Notes: generated by a model from the letters alone, not told the origin. A stretch of 64,000 bases of DNA from Pedosphaera sp. (GCA_009695205.1 SIBK01000015.1:859-64858); one strand, 5' to 3'; counted from the first letter of the stretch, positions 37,264 through 48,416 are shown. Translations and numbers: made by a program.

Positions 37264-38772
37264 TCACGCTCTCCGAGCCCGAACTGTTGCCCATTCCCGT
37301 AGTCGCGACGTCTGCTCCGCCATCGTGCGCGCCAACGGGATCATCTCCTGACCGGCCCGCAACAAATCGTCCGACGTGAGATTGTGGCCCGCGCCGAAGG
37401 CAGAATACAGGCCTGCCACGACAACCGCTTCGAGCTCCGCGCCGCTGAAATCTGGAGTGGCTGACGCAACCGCCTCGACATCAAATGATTCTGCCGGGCG
37501 GCCGCGCCGGTCAAGATGCACTCGGAGAATTTCGGCACGCCCGACTTCGTCGGGCAGGTCGACGAAAAAAATCTCATCGAATCGACCTCGCCGCAGCAGT
37601 TCGGGAGGCAGATGCGAAATGTCATTTGCCGTGGCGACCACGAACACCGGAGCGGTCTTTTCTGCCAGCCACGTGAGCAACGTGCCGAAAACGCGAGCTC
37701 CGGTGCCCCCATCGCTGGCGCCGCTGCTTGCCGTCCCCGCAAACGCCTTGTCAATTTCATCCACCCACAGCACGGCCGGAGAGACACTCTCTGCGACGGC
37801 GATCGCGCGTCGCACGTTCTCCTCCGAAGATCCGACGTAACTGCCGAACAGCCGACCCAGATCAAATCGCAAGAGAGGCAGCTGCCATTCGCCGGCGACC
37901 GCCTTCGCACACAGGCTCTTTCCGCAGCCCTGCACCCCGAGCAGGAGGACACCTCGTGGCGACGGCAGTCCAAACTCTCGTGCTTCCAACGTATAAGCAG
38001 ACCGGCGTTGCCCCAGCCATCGCTTCAGCCCAGCCAGGCCACCCACATGATCGAATGCCTCCGATGGCACGATGTATTCCAGCAATCCGTTTTTCCTCAC
38101 CAACTGTTGCTTCTCCGCAAACACCTCGCCCACGAGATCGCCTCCGAGCCGTCCATGCTTTACGAGCACTCGCGCAAAAACATTTTCCGTCTCCGCCCGC
38201 GTCAATCCCCGCGCCGCCTCCATCAACCGGTCCCTGCCTTCCGGATCTACCTCGACGCGCACCGAACCCTGATTCGCCATTTCCTCACTGATTTCATCGA
38301 GCAATGCGCCCAACTCCGCTCGATCTGGCAGCGGGAGCGACAACACGGTGATCTCCTTTTCGAGTTCGATCGGAATCATCAGTACCGGCGAGACCAACAG
38401 GATGGTCTTGAGACTGTTCTTCAGATGGAGGGCGATGTCCTTGAGTTTTCGAATGACCGCGGGATGCGCGGGACTCATCCACGCGTGAAGGTCCTTGAAA
38501 ACAAACACCGCGGGCTCGACCTGCTCGAGAATCTGGTCCAGGGCAACGAGTGGATCCCGAGTCGCTGTGTTCCGATGCTTCGATTGAACATTTGTTCCCG
38601 CCGGCACCAGACCGCCCGTGCAGGTCCATTCAAAGACCTTCTTGTTCCGTCGCCCGGCAACTTCCAGGACCGCCTCCTCGGCACGGAGCTCTTCTCCCGT
38701 AAGCACGTACACCAACGGATATCGGGCACGGATCAGCAATTCCAGTTCTGCGGTGAAGGACACAAGACCTAC
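37264..38772 (-). CDS. AAA+ family ATPase (degenerate N-terminal domain plus one classical AAA module)
   Basis: Walker A GVQGCGKS, Walker B VLWVDEIDK, second region of homology ATANDISHLPPELLRRGRFDEIFFV, and N-terminal ELELLIRARYPLVYV. The start is uncertain, since the track ORF extends to 39084 and overlaps purM on the opposite strand. I place it near the GTG at 38772. Confidence 0.75.
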   Translation of the reverse strand, partial: VGLVSFTAELELLIRARYPLVYVLTGEELRAEEAVLEVAGRRNKKVFEWTCTGGLVPAGTNVQSKHRNTATRDPLVALDQILEQVEPAVFVFKDLHAWMSPAHPAVIRKLKDIALHLKNSLKTILLVSPVLMIPIELEKEITVLSLPLPDRAELGALLDEISEEMANQGSVRVEVDPEGRDRLMEAARGLTRAETENVFARVLVKHGRLGGDLVGEVFAEKQQLVRKNGLLEYIVPSEAFDHVGGLAGLKRWLGQRRSAYTLEAREFGLPSPRGVLLLGVQGCGKSLCAKAVAGEWQLPLLRFDLGRLFGSYVGSSEENVRRAIAVAESVSPAVLWVDEIDKAFAGTASSGASDGGTGARVFGTLLTWLAEKTAPVFVVATANDISHLPPELLRRGRFDEIFFVDLPDEVGRAEILRVHLDRRGRPAESFDVEAVASATPDFSGAELEAVVVAGLYSAFGAGHNLTSDDLLRAGQEMIPLARTMAEQTSRLREWATVRARRA

Positions 38773-38857
38773 TCGTAGCGGCAAATCGGGTAAAAAAGAA
38801 GCCTGAACCCGCTTCCCCCTCGACACCGGCCGATCCTCTCCAAATAGTTGTGATCGC

Positions 38858-39913
38858 ATGAAACGTCCGAAAGCATACGCCGCCGCCGGCGTTGACATCG
38901 ACCTCGGGAACCGGGTGAAAGCCACCCTGCCCCAACTGCTCGCCTCAACCCACCGGCCTGAAGTGCTCGGTAAAATCGGCGGATTCGGAGGCCTTTTTGC
39001 CCTTAATACGCGACGGCACCGCCACCCAGTCTTGGTCAGCAGCATCGATGGCGTTGGTACCAAACTCAAGATTGCCTTCGCCATGGGACGTCACGACACC
39101 ATTGGCGAGGATTTGGTCAATCATTGTGTCAACGACATCGCGGTGCTCGGTGCTGAACCCCTCTTTTTTCTCGATTACCTCGGTACCGGAAAACTCGAGC
39201 CCCATGTCTTCACCGAGATTATCCGCGGCTTCGCCCGGGGCTGTGCCGCCAATGGCTGCGCCCTGATCGGTGGAGAAACCGCCCAGATGCCCGGCTTTTA
39301 TCAGGCCGGCGAATACGACCTCAGCGGCACCATCATCGGGATCGTGGACAAGCCGGCGATGTTGACCGGACGCGAAATCCGTCGAGGAGACGTTGTCCTG
39401 GGCATCGGCTCCAGCGGGCTGCACACCAACGGCTATTCGCTCGCCCGAAAGATTTTTCTCGATCAGTGGAAATGGAAACTGAACCGCCGGGTGCCCGAGC
39501 TCGGGACGACTCTCGGAGAGGCATTACTCGCGGTGCATCTCAGCTACGGCCCACTGGTGCAGTCGCTCCTCCGCAAGTTTAATCGTCCCGGAAAACCTCG
39601 TGGCTTGAAGGGTCTCGCCCACATCACCGGCGGTGGATTCATCGACAATCTTCCCCGCGTGCTCCCCCAGAAATGCGACGTTGTCATTCGCAAGGGCTCC
39701 TGGGACATGCTACCGATCTTCCGCCTGATAGAGGCGCACGGTGGGGTTCCCGAAGAGGAACTCTACCAAGTCTTCAACATGGGAATCGGTATGACGGCGG
39801 TCGTGGCGGCCGACCAGGCGAATGCGGTGCTTCATGCGGTCCGCAAAGCCAGGTTTGCAGCATGGCACATCGGTGACGTCACCCAAGGCCGCGGCGTGTG
39901 CCGTGTCGAATGA
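38858..39913 (+). CDS. purM: phosphoribosylformylglycinamidine cyclo-ligase
   Basis: AYAAAGVDID..., GGFGGLFAL and VNDIAVLGAEPLFFLDY. Confidence 0.95.
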   Translation: MKRPKAYAAAGVDIDLGNRVKATLPQLLASTHRPEVLGKIGGFGGLFALNTRRHRHPVLVSSIDGVGTKLKIAFAMGRHDTIGEDLVNHCVNDIAVLGAEPLFFLDYLGTGKLEPHVFTEIIRGFARGCAANGCALIGGETAQMPGFYQAGEYDLSGTIIGIVDKPAMLTGREIRRGDVVLGIGSSGLHTNGYSLARKIFLDQWKWKLNRRVPELGTTLGEALLAVHLSYGPLVQSLLRKFNRPGKPRGLKGLAHITGGGFIDNLPRVLPQKCDVVIRKGSWDMLPIFRLIEAHGGVPEEELYQVFNMGIGMTAVVAADQANAVLHAVRKARFAAWHIGDVTQGRGVCRVE

Positions 39914-39932
39914 ACCGGTCTTTTGGAATAAA

Positions 39933-40379
39933 ATGATCCCTTCTAGCACGAACGATCGGTTTTTTCAGCAGCTCGTGGCCATGGCCACTGGCTTGGCGTT
40001 CGCCGGGATGCTGGCATCGCTGGCGGCCGTTGAGGTTGGGGCCGGCGGGAAACTGGTGCTGCGCTGGCATTGGGCAATCGCGCCGCTGGTGATCCTCGGA
40101 CTGGTCATCGGCGTCGGCTTCTGGCGCCTGGTTTTTCGTTCCGCCGCTCACGAAACCAATCTCAGTCACCGACGCCTCAGGCAAGCTGCCGCTGGACTGG
40201 CCGGCATGGCGATCACTTCGTTCCTTTATCCACTCCGATTCGTTCAGCCAGATCGACGAAACGAGGTCTTGATCGGCCTTGTACTGGCGATCGTCGTGTT
40301 GTCCTTTGTTGGCTGGCTTGTTTGGAAAACAATCAGCTGGGTCACCGAGAATGAACTGAAGGACGGTGAAAGTGAATAA
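39933..40379 (+). CDS. hypothetical membrane protein
   Basis: 148 aa from the ATG at 39933, with 4 hydrophobic spans. No family recognised. Confidence 0.5.
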   Translation: MIPSSTNDRFFQQLVAMATGLAFAGMLASLAAVEVGAGGKLVLRWHWAIAPLVILGLVIGVGFWRLVFRSAAHETNLSHRRLRQAAAGLAGMAITSFLYPLRFVQPDRRNEVLIGLVLAIVVLSFVGWLVWKTISWVTENELKDGESE

Positions 40380-40670
40380 TCCACCGCGCAAAGACAAAGC
40401 CGCGCCCTGCGGCGCTCCGCACCTTAAGAGCGCCGGTTTACCAACAACTTCGGGATGCGCCCGAACTGAACTGCGGATGCGAGCACCACGGACCTTGACA
40501 GCGGGACGCGGTCACGTCTCATTTGAAGCATTCGCCGGAGTTGGATTGAGTTCTGGCAGTGCCTTTTTTAAGATCGGACCACGACGGGGAACTTAAAATA
40601 TCTAGGAACAGTTCTTGACGCTTCCATCCTCCTCGCCTACGAAGGCCGCGAAATAAGAATAGGAAAACCC

Positions 40671-40913
40671 ATGGCTGAAAAAACCATCGAGCAACGAATC
40701 AAAGATATCATCGTCGAGCAGCTCGGCGTGAACGCTGACCAGGTCACGCCCGACGCAAAGTTCATCGAAGACCTCGGTGCCGATTCGCTCGACACAGTGG
40801 AACTTGTGATGGCGCTTGAAGAGGAGTTTGGCTCCGAAATTCCCGACGAGGAGGCTGAAAAACTGGCCACCGTTGGCGACGTCAATAAGTACATCGAGGA
40901 ACAGCAACGATAG
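40671..40913 (+). CDS. acpP: acyl carrier protein
   Basis: 80 aa with [20 protein letters not shown] (phosphopantetheine Ser). Confidence 0.95.
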   Translation: MAEKTIEQRIKDIIVEQLGVNADQVTPDAKFIEDLGADSLDTVELVMALEEEFGSEIPDEEAEKLATVGDVNKYIEEQQR

Positions 40914-41099
40914 GTTCCTGAAGCGGCCCATGCTGCAATTTTCACCGGGCAGACGGTTTCCCCCGCTGCCCGTTTTTCTTTTCCCACAAAGGCGATATCC
41001 GACACGTGGGTTCGCCCACGGTTGCTATCGCCGTTGCTGCAAAACGTCAATGTTTCGTGTTTCTTTGGATTCAAAGGCACCTAAAAGGTTCCATCGGGT

Positions 41100-42359
41100 A
41101 TGGGAAATAACTGGTCAGATAGGCGGGTGGTGGTCACGGGACTAGGCGTCGCCAGCTCCTTGGGCAACGACGCCGCAACTCTGTGGCAAAATATCGTCGC
41201 TGGAAAATGCGGTATCGACCGCGTTTCCGCCTTTGACATTTCAGCCTACGATTGCCAGATCGCCGCCGAGGTGAAGAACTTCGACCCGACTCCCGCTTTT
41301 CCCTCGAACAAGGAAATCCGCCGAACGGATCGTTTCACACATTTTGGTGTTTATGCCGGGTGGGGCGCCCTCAAAGACTCCGGCCTGGACCTGAACACGG
41401 CAAACCTGGACGAAATCGGAGTCTTCCTCGGGTCCGGGATCGGCGGCCTCCACACGTTGGAGGAGCAACATACGATCCTGACCTCGAAGGGGCCCGGTCG
41501 AGTCTCCCCCTTCATGATCCCGATGCTGATCCTGAATATGGCCTCCGGACTGTTTTCGCTGTATTACCGACTTCGAGGACCCAATTTTGCGACTTGTTCT
41601 GCCTGCGCCACTGCCACCCACGCTATCGGTGAAGCCTGGGCCATCCTCAAGCGCGGTGACGCTCAGGTTATGTTTGCCGGTGGCACCGAAGCGACCGTTG
41701 TGCCCATGGGAATGAGCGGTTTCGCCGCCATGAAGGCGATGAGCACGCGGAATGACGCTCCCCAGAAATCCTCACGCCCATTCGATCGTGACCGTGATGG
41801 CTTTGTCATGGGCGAAGGGGCCGCCGTGGTAGTCCTGGAGGAATTGAACCATGCGCGCAAACGCGGAGCCCGCATCTACTGCGAACTGGTCGGGTACGGC
41901 AACACCGCCGATGCCAACCACATGACCGCTCCACACCCGGAAGGCGAAGGGGCGATTCGTGCGATGAAAATGGCGCTTCGGCATGCGAGCATGGCCACCG
42001 ATCAAATTGACTACGTGAACGCCCACGCCACGAGTACGCCGGTCGGAGATATCTGTGAAACTCGGGCTCTGAAGAACCTCTTTGGATCCCACGCACGGAA
42101 ACTGGCCATCAGCTCAACCAAAGGCGCAACAGGCCACATGCTCGGCGCTGCCGGCGGCATCGAGACCGTCCTCTGCTGCAAGGCGATCGAATCGCAGGTC
42201 CTGCCCCCCACCATCAATCTGGACAATCCAGACCCCGAATGTGACCTGGACTACATTCCGCACACGGCGCGCGAGCAACGATTCAACACGTTTATGAATA
42301 ATTCGTTCGGCTTCGGCGGCCACAATGCCGTGGTCGTCGGACGCCGGTTCACGGGTTGA
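41100..42359 (+). CDS. fabF: beta-ketoacyl-ACP synthase II
   Basis: CSACATATHAIG (active Cys), NAHATSTPVGD, GHMLGAAG and NSFGFGGHN. Confidence 0.95.
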   Translation: MGNNWSDRRVVVTGLGVASSLGNDAATLWQNIVAGKCGIDRVSAFDISAYDCQIAAEVKNFDPTPAFPSNKEIRRTDRFTHFGVYAGWGALKDSGLDLNTANLDEIGVFLGSGIGGLHTLEEQHTILTSKGPGRVSPFMIPMLILNMASGLFSLYYRLRGPNFATCSACATATHAIGEAWAILKRGDAQVMFAGGTEATVVPMGMSGFAAMKAMSTRNDAPQKSSRPFDRDRDGFVMGEGAAVVVLEELNHARKRGARIYCELVGYGNTADANHMTAPHPEGEGAIRAMKMALRHASMATDQIDYVNAHATSTPVGDICETRALKNLFGSHARKLAISSTKGATGHMLGAAGGIETVLCCKAIESQVLPPTINLDNPDPECDLDYIPHTAREQRFNTFMNNSFGFGGHNAVVVGRRFTG

Positions 42360-42382
42360 CGGGGCGGGCGGGCTTCAACGAA

Positions 42383-42892
42383 ATGAAGACTCCGCGCTCC
42401 ATTCTTGCAGCCTTGCTCCGCTTGGTTGTTCTCCTCACCGTGGCCGGTTGCGGCGACGGCAGCCACGGGAAGCAGACTTCTGGAGCATCGGTTCCGATCA
42501 AGCACGAGCACACACCACCCCACAGCGGCACCGCAATCGAATTGGGCAGCGAGTCCTTCCATCTTGAGCTTGTAAGAGATCCAGAAGCCGGAGTGTTGAA
42601 GTGCTATATCCTAGATGGACAATTGGAGAATTTCGTTCGAGTGGCAGATCTCAGCTTTATCGTTAATGTCACCGTGGCTGGAAAAACCGAACGTCTGACT
42701 TTTAGCGCTGTGGCGAATCCAGCCACAGGAGAAACCGCAGGTGACACCTCGTTATTTGAGGTCCACGCGGACTGGCTACGAACCACAAGCCAGTTTGAAG
42801 GGGAACTGGTTTCGTTGACGATTCGCGGCACGCGATTCGGCCCAGTGCCGTTCCAGTATCCCGAGGGCAACGAAGGAAAGCCCCCGAAGTAA
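42383..42892 (+). CDS. hypothetical lipoprotein
   Basis: Lipobox LLTVAGC. The mature part is His-rich (HEHTPPHSG...FHLEL). No family recognised. Confidence 0.5.
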   Translation: MKTPRSILAALLRLVVLLTVAGCGDGSHGKQTSGASVPIKHEHTPPHSGTAIELGSESFHLELVRDPEAGVLKCYILDGQLENFVRVADLSFIVNVTVAGKTERLTFSAVANPATGETAGDTSLFEVHADWLRTTSQFEGELVSLTIRGTRFGPVPFQYPEGNEGKPPK

Positions 42893-42916
42893 TCCTGAAA
42901 ATCCCGGCCAACCGAG

Positions 42917-43762
42917 CTACTTAAGCGGGGCCCACTTTTGGTGTTGGTAACGGTTCCAGACCCAGACGAAGTCGGGATTCTTCTTGTCACCGCCTGCCCA
43001 GAAGAAGCTATCCGTGCCCTTTGAGGAATCGGTGGCGGCTTTGATAGTCCTGGGGTCGATCCACTTGTGCCCTTCTGCGTGGTTGTCAGAGAACGAGAAG
43101 GTGCTCCAGGATCCATGGAAAATGGCGAAGGGATCCACCCATCCCGGGGATCCCACATTGATAACCCAGGTCCCGAGGTTGGAGCTGCGTGAGTCGGATT
43201 CCTCGATGAATACCATCGATTCCGAGGGATTCAAGATTCCGCTGGATTTCACAAAGGGTGGCTGAATGGTTGGCTCCCAGCCGCCGCCGTTCATTCCCTC
43301 TGCTTTGGAATAGCTGTCGTACGCCCAGCCTTTTCCAGGGCTGCGATTCTTTGTTCGGAGATCACCGGGGCAGTGGTAGGCAGCAAAGGCGGTGCAGAAT
43401 TTCCAAATGGGTCCGTTGCTGAGGCCCTTGCGGACGCGGCTTTCCGCCTCGGCCCGCGTAATGTTTGCCGTGATATCCGGGCTTGGCCCGGGCCAGTAAC
43501 CGCCACCGTTCATGTTCCCGCCATTCCACTGACTCGGGGCCAAGACATCGCGGTTATCCTCGGCATACATGTACCAGCCAAGGTTGAGCTGCTTCTGGTT
43601 GTTCAAGCATGCCGCGCCTGTGGCCTTCAGTTTTGCCCGGGTGAGAGCGGGCAGGAGCATACCCGCCAAAATGGCGATGATCGCGATGACGACGAGGAGC
43701 TCGATCAGCGTAAATGCTCTGATGCCCGGTTTACCGAGCGTAGGGAACGAGGCGGCTTTCAT
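42917..43762 (-). CDS. prepilin-type N-terminal cleavage/methylation domain protein (DUF1559-like)
   Basis: [26 protein letters not shown], followed by a soluble domain. Confidence 0.8.
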   Translation of the reverse strand: MKAASFPTLGKPGIRAFTLIELLVVIAIIAILAGMLLPALTRAKLKATGAACLNNQKQLNLGWYMYAEDNRDVLAPSQWNGGNMNGGGYWPGPSPDITANITRAEAESRVRKGLSNGPIWKFCTAFAAYHCPGDLRTKNRSPGKGWAYDSYSKAEGMNGGGWEPTIQPPFVKSSGILNPSESMVFIEESDSRSSNLGTWVINVGSPGWVDPFAIFHGSWSTFSFSDNHAEGHKWIDPRTIKAATDSSKGTDSFFWAGGDKKNPDFVWVWNRYQHQKWAPLK

Positions 43763-43889
43763 GATTTCAAAACGTGTTCGTGTGGACGGAATATCAAATA
43801 GCAGAGATTCGTGGAATGGAAAGAGGGAAAATGAGAATCGCCCCGGCGAGTAACAAGGGTCCGCAAGGGATGGATCGCGTCGCCCTGAA

Positions 43890-45377
43890 TCATAGGGTAA
43901 TCTGCGCCTGCAGGAAAACCCAGTCGGCGTCGTGTGAGCCCCCGAGTTTCTGGAATGTATGATTGATATATCCGCCTGTCAAAAAGTGACCGTAGCCACC
44001 TTGAATTTGGAGGAACTTCGTGGGCGAATAGGTGGCGATGAGGTCCAGTTCCTGGCCCGCGAAAGATCCTCCTTGTGAACGGATGCCATAGCCGCTGGTC
44101 GTGCGCGGCGCCTGGTTGGCCTGGTACAAGAAATCACCCGTCGTCGTCATCCAGAAGGCGTTGTAAATGGCGGCGATAGTCAAGCCTTTCACCGGCGCGA
44201 CCGTGACCTTAAAGTAGGGATCGAGGGTGTTCTGCCACGATAGAAAATCCATCGAACCGTAGAACTTGTGGTTCGTCGCAAAGAGATTCACAAACGTTGT
44301 GTGTTTGGTATCGCTCGGATTGTCGTCCCCGGAGCCGTAGTCGAAGCCCAGAGCCGCGCGCGGCTTCCAGTCTACCTTGCTGAAGGTGTAGCCTCCCTCG
44401 ATGTGCGTCGCGAACGCAACGTGGTTCAACCGCTGGCCATTCACGGCGCTCGGAGTTTTCGCCGCATACTCAAAATTGCCAAACTGCCCGGCAAACTCCC
44501 CGTTGAAATCCCAGCCGTTCAGCTTCCCAGGCAAGGTCTGGAAACGCATTCCGACCGTATAGATGTCGCGGGGTGTATTGCCCTTGACGCCCGTGCCGAT
44601 GGCCGTCGGCGAATTCACGCTGGCGTTGTCGGCCAGGAAATACAGCTGCAATTCCGTCTTCGGCACCACCGCTCGGCTGGAGCTGTAAACGCCGGAAAAC
44701 CAATCGTTCCAGTTCGGTTGATTGAACTGACCATCCTTGGGGATGACGACCCGGCCACTAAAGGCATCCACCCACAGTTGACCCTGCTCGTAATGGAGCT
44801 TTGCTGATTCAAACGTGCGGCCGATATTGTCCCAGTCAAAGGCCCCGATGAGGCGCTCATCACCGTAGGACAGCTCCTGCCGCCCGACCTTAAGCGATAC
44901 CGGCAGTGCTTCGGTACCGCCAACATTGACATAGCCTTGATGCAAGTCGAAGGGACCGTCGGCCTGTGGTTTGGGCCTGCGGGCATCACCGATGTCCTCG
45001 CTGTTCTGGCCCGCGCCGTAAACGGTGAACCAATCCGCCGGCGACCAACCGAGATGGACGCGGGTGCGCAGGAGCAGGAGGTCGTTTCCACTGACAGGAG
45101 TGTTGGCACGAAAGTCGACCGCCGTCGCTCCGGCGCCAGGTACGGCGAAATAAGTTTGATCCAGATAGCGCATTCGGAACTGCCCGCCGAGTTCGAAGGA
45201 ACTGAAGTTGGTGTCTTGTTCGCGCAGCCAATCATTCACGAGGCCGGCACTGGCGGACGGCGAGGTCGCGACCGGGGCGGAAGCCTGCACGGCAGGCGTT
45301 TGGGAGTACATGGCCCCACGGCTGAGCAGCAGGCTGAAAAACGGATTCGGATTCCTGCGCCGGGAGGAGTTGATCAT
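43890..45377 (-). CDS. alginate-export-family outer-membrane porin
   Basis: Signal peptide, [19 protein letters not shown], and [33 protein letters not shown], which matches the Alginate_exp pattern. Confidence 0.6.
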   Translation of the reverse strand: MINSSRRRNPNPFFSLLLSRGAMYSQTPAVQASAPVATSPSASAGLVNDWLREQDTNFSSFELGGQFRMRYLDQTYFAVPGAGATAVDFRANTPVSGNDLLLLRTRVHLGWSPADWFTVYGAGQNSEDIGDARRPKPQADGPFDLHQGYVNVGGTEALPVSLKVGRQELSYGDERLIGAFDWDNIGRTFESAKLHYEQGQLWVDAFSGRVVIPKDGQFNQPNWNDWFSGVYSSSRAVVPKTELQLYFLADNASVNSPTAIGTGVKGNTPRDIYTVGMRFQTLPGKLNGWDFNGEFAGQFGNFEYAAKTPSAVNGQRLNHVAFATHIEGGYTFSKVDWKPRAALGFDYGSGDDNPSDTKHTTFVNLFATNHKFYGSMDFLSWQNTLDPYFKVTVAPVKGLTIAAIYNAFWMTTTGDFLYQANQAPRTTSGYGIRSQGGSFAGQELDLIATYSPTKFLQIQGGYGHFLTGGYINHTFQKLGGSHDADWVFLQAQITL

Positions 45378-45635
45378 GCGGACAGGCTATCGAAGCAGCC
45401 GCCGAGAACCTTGATCCACGTCAACCCTCGAAGAGAAAAAAGGACAGGTCAGTCGTGAAAAATGCTCAGCGATAGAGCCGCGGCGGCATCCAACTCAATG
45501 CAGAGGAGCCGATCATGCATCCACTCCGAATTTTCAGAGAAAGTTATTTAGCTTGAAACCGTGCCACACGCGATAGCTCAATATGCCTGAAGCTAGACAC
45601 TTGTCCGCAATCCGTACTCTGATAAATATCTTATT

Positions 45636-47069
45636 ATGGTTAAAATTCCTGTCGTCCGCTGGGGCCAGCCGTACGAGAGCCTCGAACTCGACAGCGTCGT
45701 CGACTTTGTCACCGGCGAAACACTCGCCAAGGTGAGTCAGGCCAATCCCGGATTCATGGCCAAAGACATGAAGAAGGCGCCGCGCGCCCGCTCGGTGTTG
45801 CGCGAAATTCCGATTCGCCAGCTTGTCCAGATCATGAAGAAGGCGGCGGACCTCTACCGCGACGCCACGCTGCCGATGGGCGACGGTGTGCAGACGCCGG
45901 ATGATTTCGCGCGGCAGCAATCGGCGTCCACAGGCCTGCCAGAGCACATGTGCAAGTTCAACATGTCGAAGAACCACTTCGTGCTTTCGAACATGGACCG
46001 CATACTCGACTGCCTCACGCGCGGACTGCCGTTGGACATCCTCACACGCGGGTACGGGGTCGAGGGCCGCGACGTGGTCGTGAGCTATCAGGCGCAGTCG
46101 CCCGTGATCGGGTTGGTGCTGCCGTCAAACTCGCCCGGCGTCCACACGCTGTGGTTGCCCGTGATTCCCATGCAGGTCGGGCTGGTCCTCAAGCCCGGCC
46201 CGCAGGAACCGTGGACGCCCTATCGCATGGCCGCGGCGTTCTTCGAGGCCGGCGTGCCGCGCGAGGCCATCAGCATTTATCCCGGCGGCGCGGAGATGGG
46301 CGCCGAGGTCGTGAGCCGTGTGGGACGTGTGAAAATTTTCGGCAGCACGGACACGGTGAAACGCTATCACGGCAATCCCTGCGTGCAGGTTCACGGGCCG
46401 GGCTTCAGCAAGATTCTGCTGGGCGACGACGTGGTGGACGAATGGCCGAAGTACATCGACCTGATGGTTGACAGCGTTTATCTGAATAGCGGGCGCGGCT
46501 GCATCAACTGCTCCGGCGTCTGGGCCTCGCGCCACACAAAGGAAATTGCTCAAGCCCTGGCTGAACGGATGGGACCCATCGACGTGAAGCCGCCGGATGA
46601 CCCGACCGCGGCGCTCGCCGCGTTCACCGTGCCTGGCCAGGCGCAAGGCGTTCATGCGTCCATTCTCGAGAAAATGAAGGAAAGCGGCGTAACCGACATG
46701 ACGGCGAAGTTCGGCCCGCGGTTGGTGGAGAAGGAACGTTGTGCATACTTGCGCCCGTGGGTGATTCACGTCGATTCGCCCGAGCGCAAGATCGCGCAGA
46801 CCGAATACATGTTTCCCTACGTGACCGTCGTGGAATGTCCGCAAAGCGAGATGATCGAGAAGATCAGCCAAACGCTCGTGTGCAGCGCCATCACCCATGA
46901 CCCGGCCTGGAGCCAGCAACTCCTCGAAGCCACTCACATTGACCGCCTGAACATCGGCGCCATTCCAACCATCAAGCTCGACTGGCTTCAACCACACGAA
47001 GGGAACATCGTGGATTTCCTGTTCCGTGCGCGGGCGTTCCAGACGACGGCGGAGAAATCTATGGCGTGA
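45636..47069 (+). CDS. aldehyde dehydrogenase superfamily protein (acyl-CoA-reductase-like, divergent)
   Basis: 477 aa with ...LVLPSNSPGVHTLW...LKPGPQEPWTP...GRGCINCSG (candidate catalytic Cys). It lacks the canonical ELGG. Confidence 0.6.
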   Translation: MVKIPVVRWGQPYESLELDSVVDFVTGETLAKVSQANPGFMAKDMKKAPRARSVLREIPIRQLVQIMKKAADLYRDATLPMGDGVQTPDDFARQQSASTGLPEHMCKFNMSKNHFVLSNMDRILDCLTRGLPLDILTRGYGVEGRDVVVSYQAQSPVIGLVLPSNSPGVHTLWLPVIPMQVGLVLKPGPQEPWTPYRMAAAFFEAGVPREAISIYPGGAEMGAEVVSRVGRVKIFGSTDTVKRYHGNPCVQVHGPGFSKILLGDDVVDEWPKYIDLMVDSVYLNSGRGCINCSGVWASRHTKEIAQALAERMGPIDVKPPDDPTAALAAFTVPGQAQGVHASILEKMKESGVTDMTAKFGPRLVEKERCAYLRPWVIHVDSPERKIAQTEYMFPYVTVVECPQSEMIEKISQTLVCSAITHDPAWSQQLLEATHIDRLNIGAIPTIKLDWLQPHEGNIVDFLFRARAFQTTAEKSMA

Positions 47070-47369
47070 GGATGGCCGTTGATTTTACTCGGATGGAAAG
47101 CCGCCTCCGGATATCGCTGCGAGACGATCGGGTGTGAGATAAAAATCTTCTGGCCACCCGCGATACGGGGGACGTAGTCGCGGACGGCAGTCCACGCAAA
47201 CGATCGTCGCGAACCCAAGGTCCGGATGCTGCCACGAGGACGACCTTTGCCGGAACGGAAGAGCGCGTTCTCCCGAACGCAACTACACGTTTTCCTGTTT
47301 CCATCCCCGATTCGCCAGCTCCACGGGACCCTTTCGAGGTATCCAACGTCTGAGTGCCATTCTCCCACG

Positions 47370-48413
47370 TCATTTTCTAACGTCCACTGCGACTGATCCG
47401 CCGACACCCCCTGGGGGCAGGCGGATCTGCAGTTCGCGAAGGTCGGTCAAAAATTCTTCGGCGGTTTGGTAACGCTCTGACTTTATGGGCTCGCAGGCCC
47501 GCCCGATCAGTTCAAGAAACTTGCCAAATTGTCCCCCCTGCGATGAAATTTTCAGGCCCTCCGGCACTTTGGGGAAGTTCTGCACAGAGAGCGCCGTCAC
47601 CGCCACATAGAGCAGCATCCCGAGGCTGAAGATGTCGCCTGAGGGCTCGCCGGGTCCTTCGGGCGGAATGTAGCCGTGGGTGCCGATGCAGGTGGTCTCC
47701 TTTCCGGGCGAGGCAATGTCGGTCACCAGTCCAATGTCGGCCATCTTGGGCCGGCCGTTCACGAAGATGATGTTCGCCGGCTTGATATCGCGGTGGATGA
47801 GCCGGTGCTGGTGGAGATGAGCGAGCGCCTCGGCAATCTCGATGCCGAACCCCACGACCTGTTGGAGCGGCAGCGCGCCCTGACGCTCAATGTCGGTGCT
47901 TAAATTACGAGGGGAATAGCTCGCCGGATCAATGACCGGGCTGGTCACCGCGTCGTCCCCCGCTTCCATGATATAGTAGATGAACCCGCTCACATCCCTG
48001 CGGCCGACGTGCAGGATGTGGATCAGGCCGGGGTGCGACCGGGAAATCGGAGTGTATTTCTGGAGACCTTTAAACTCGCGATCGAAGGGCGCCTGGTCGG
48101 CAAATGCGGCTCGCCGAATGAGCTTGACCGCCTTAAATTCTCCGATGATGTCCTTGGCGAGCCAAACCTCACCATAAGCGCCCTTGCCGATGCATCGGAT
48201 CATTTCGTGGTCGGGCACCGAAGGAACCGCGGAGATCGTGGTCGGCCCCACGACGGTTTGGATGTTCTCTTCCGAGGCCATTAGGGGGGTCTTTTCATTC
48301 GCTACGGGGTCCGGGGAAGGTTCCGGCAGGGCTGCGAGTGATTGCCGGCGCGTGGTCAAAAACTTGCGCAATTTGCGATCTTCATCCGAGAGCAATCGCG
48401 TGCGGACTACCAC
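47370..48413 (-). CDS. serine/threonine protein kinase (GTG start, or continuation of the CHASE2 ORF)
   Basis: GKGAYGEVW, AVKLI, HRDIKPANI, MADIG (DFG-like) and GTHGYIPPE. Confidence 0.85.
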   Translation of the reverse strand: MVVRTRLLSDEDRKLRKFLTTRRQSLAALPEPSPDPVANEKTPLMASEENIQTVVGPTTISAVPSVPDHEMIRCIGKGAYGEVWLAKDIIGEFKAVKLIRRAAFADQAPFDREFKGLQKYTPISRSHPGLIHILHVGRRDVSGFIYYIMEAGDDAVTSPVIDPASYSPRNLSTDIERQGALPLQQVVGFGIEIAEALAHLHQHRLIHRDIKPANIIFVNGRPKMADIGLVTDIASPGKETTCIGTHGYIPPEGPGEPSGDIFSLGMLLYVAVTALSVQNFPKVPEGLKISSQGGQFGKFLELIGRACEPIKSERYQTAEEFLTDLRELQIRLPPGGVGGSVAVDVRK

Positions 48414-48416
48414 CGC

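Noticed and set aside
38773-39084. N-terminal extension of the AAA ATPase ORF, including an ATG at 38859 whose codon overlaps the purM ATG on the opposite strand (GCATG).
   Set aside because: It would overlap purM antisense by more than 200 nt, and family members as I recall them begin near ELELLIRxRYP. The exact start remains uncertain.
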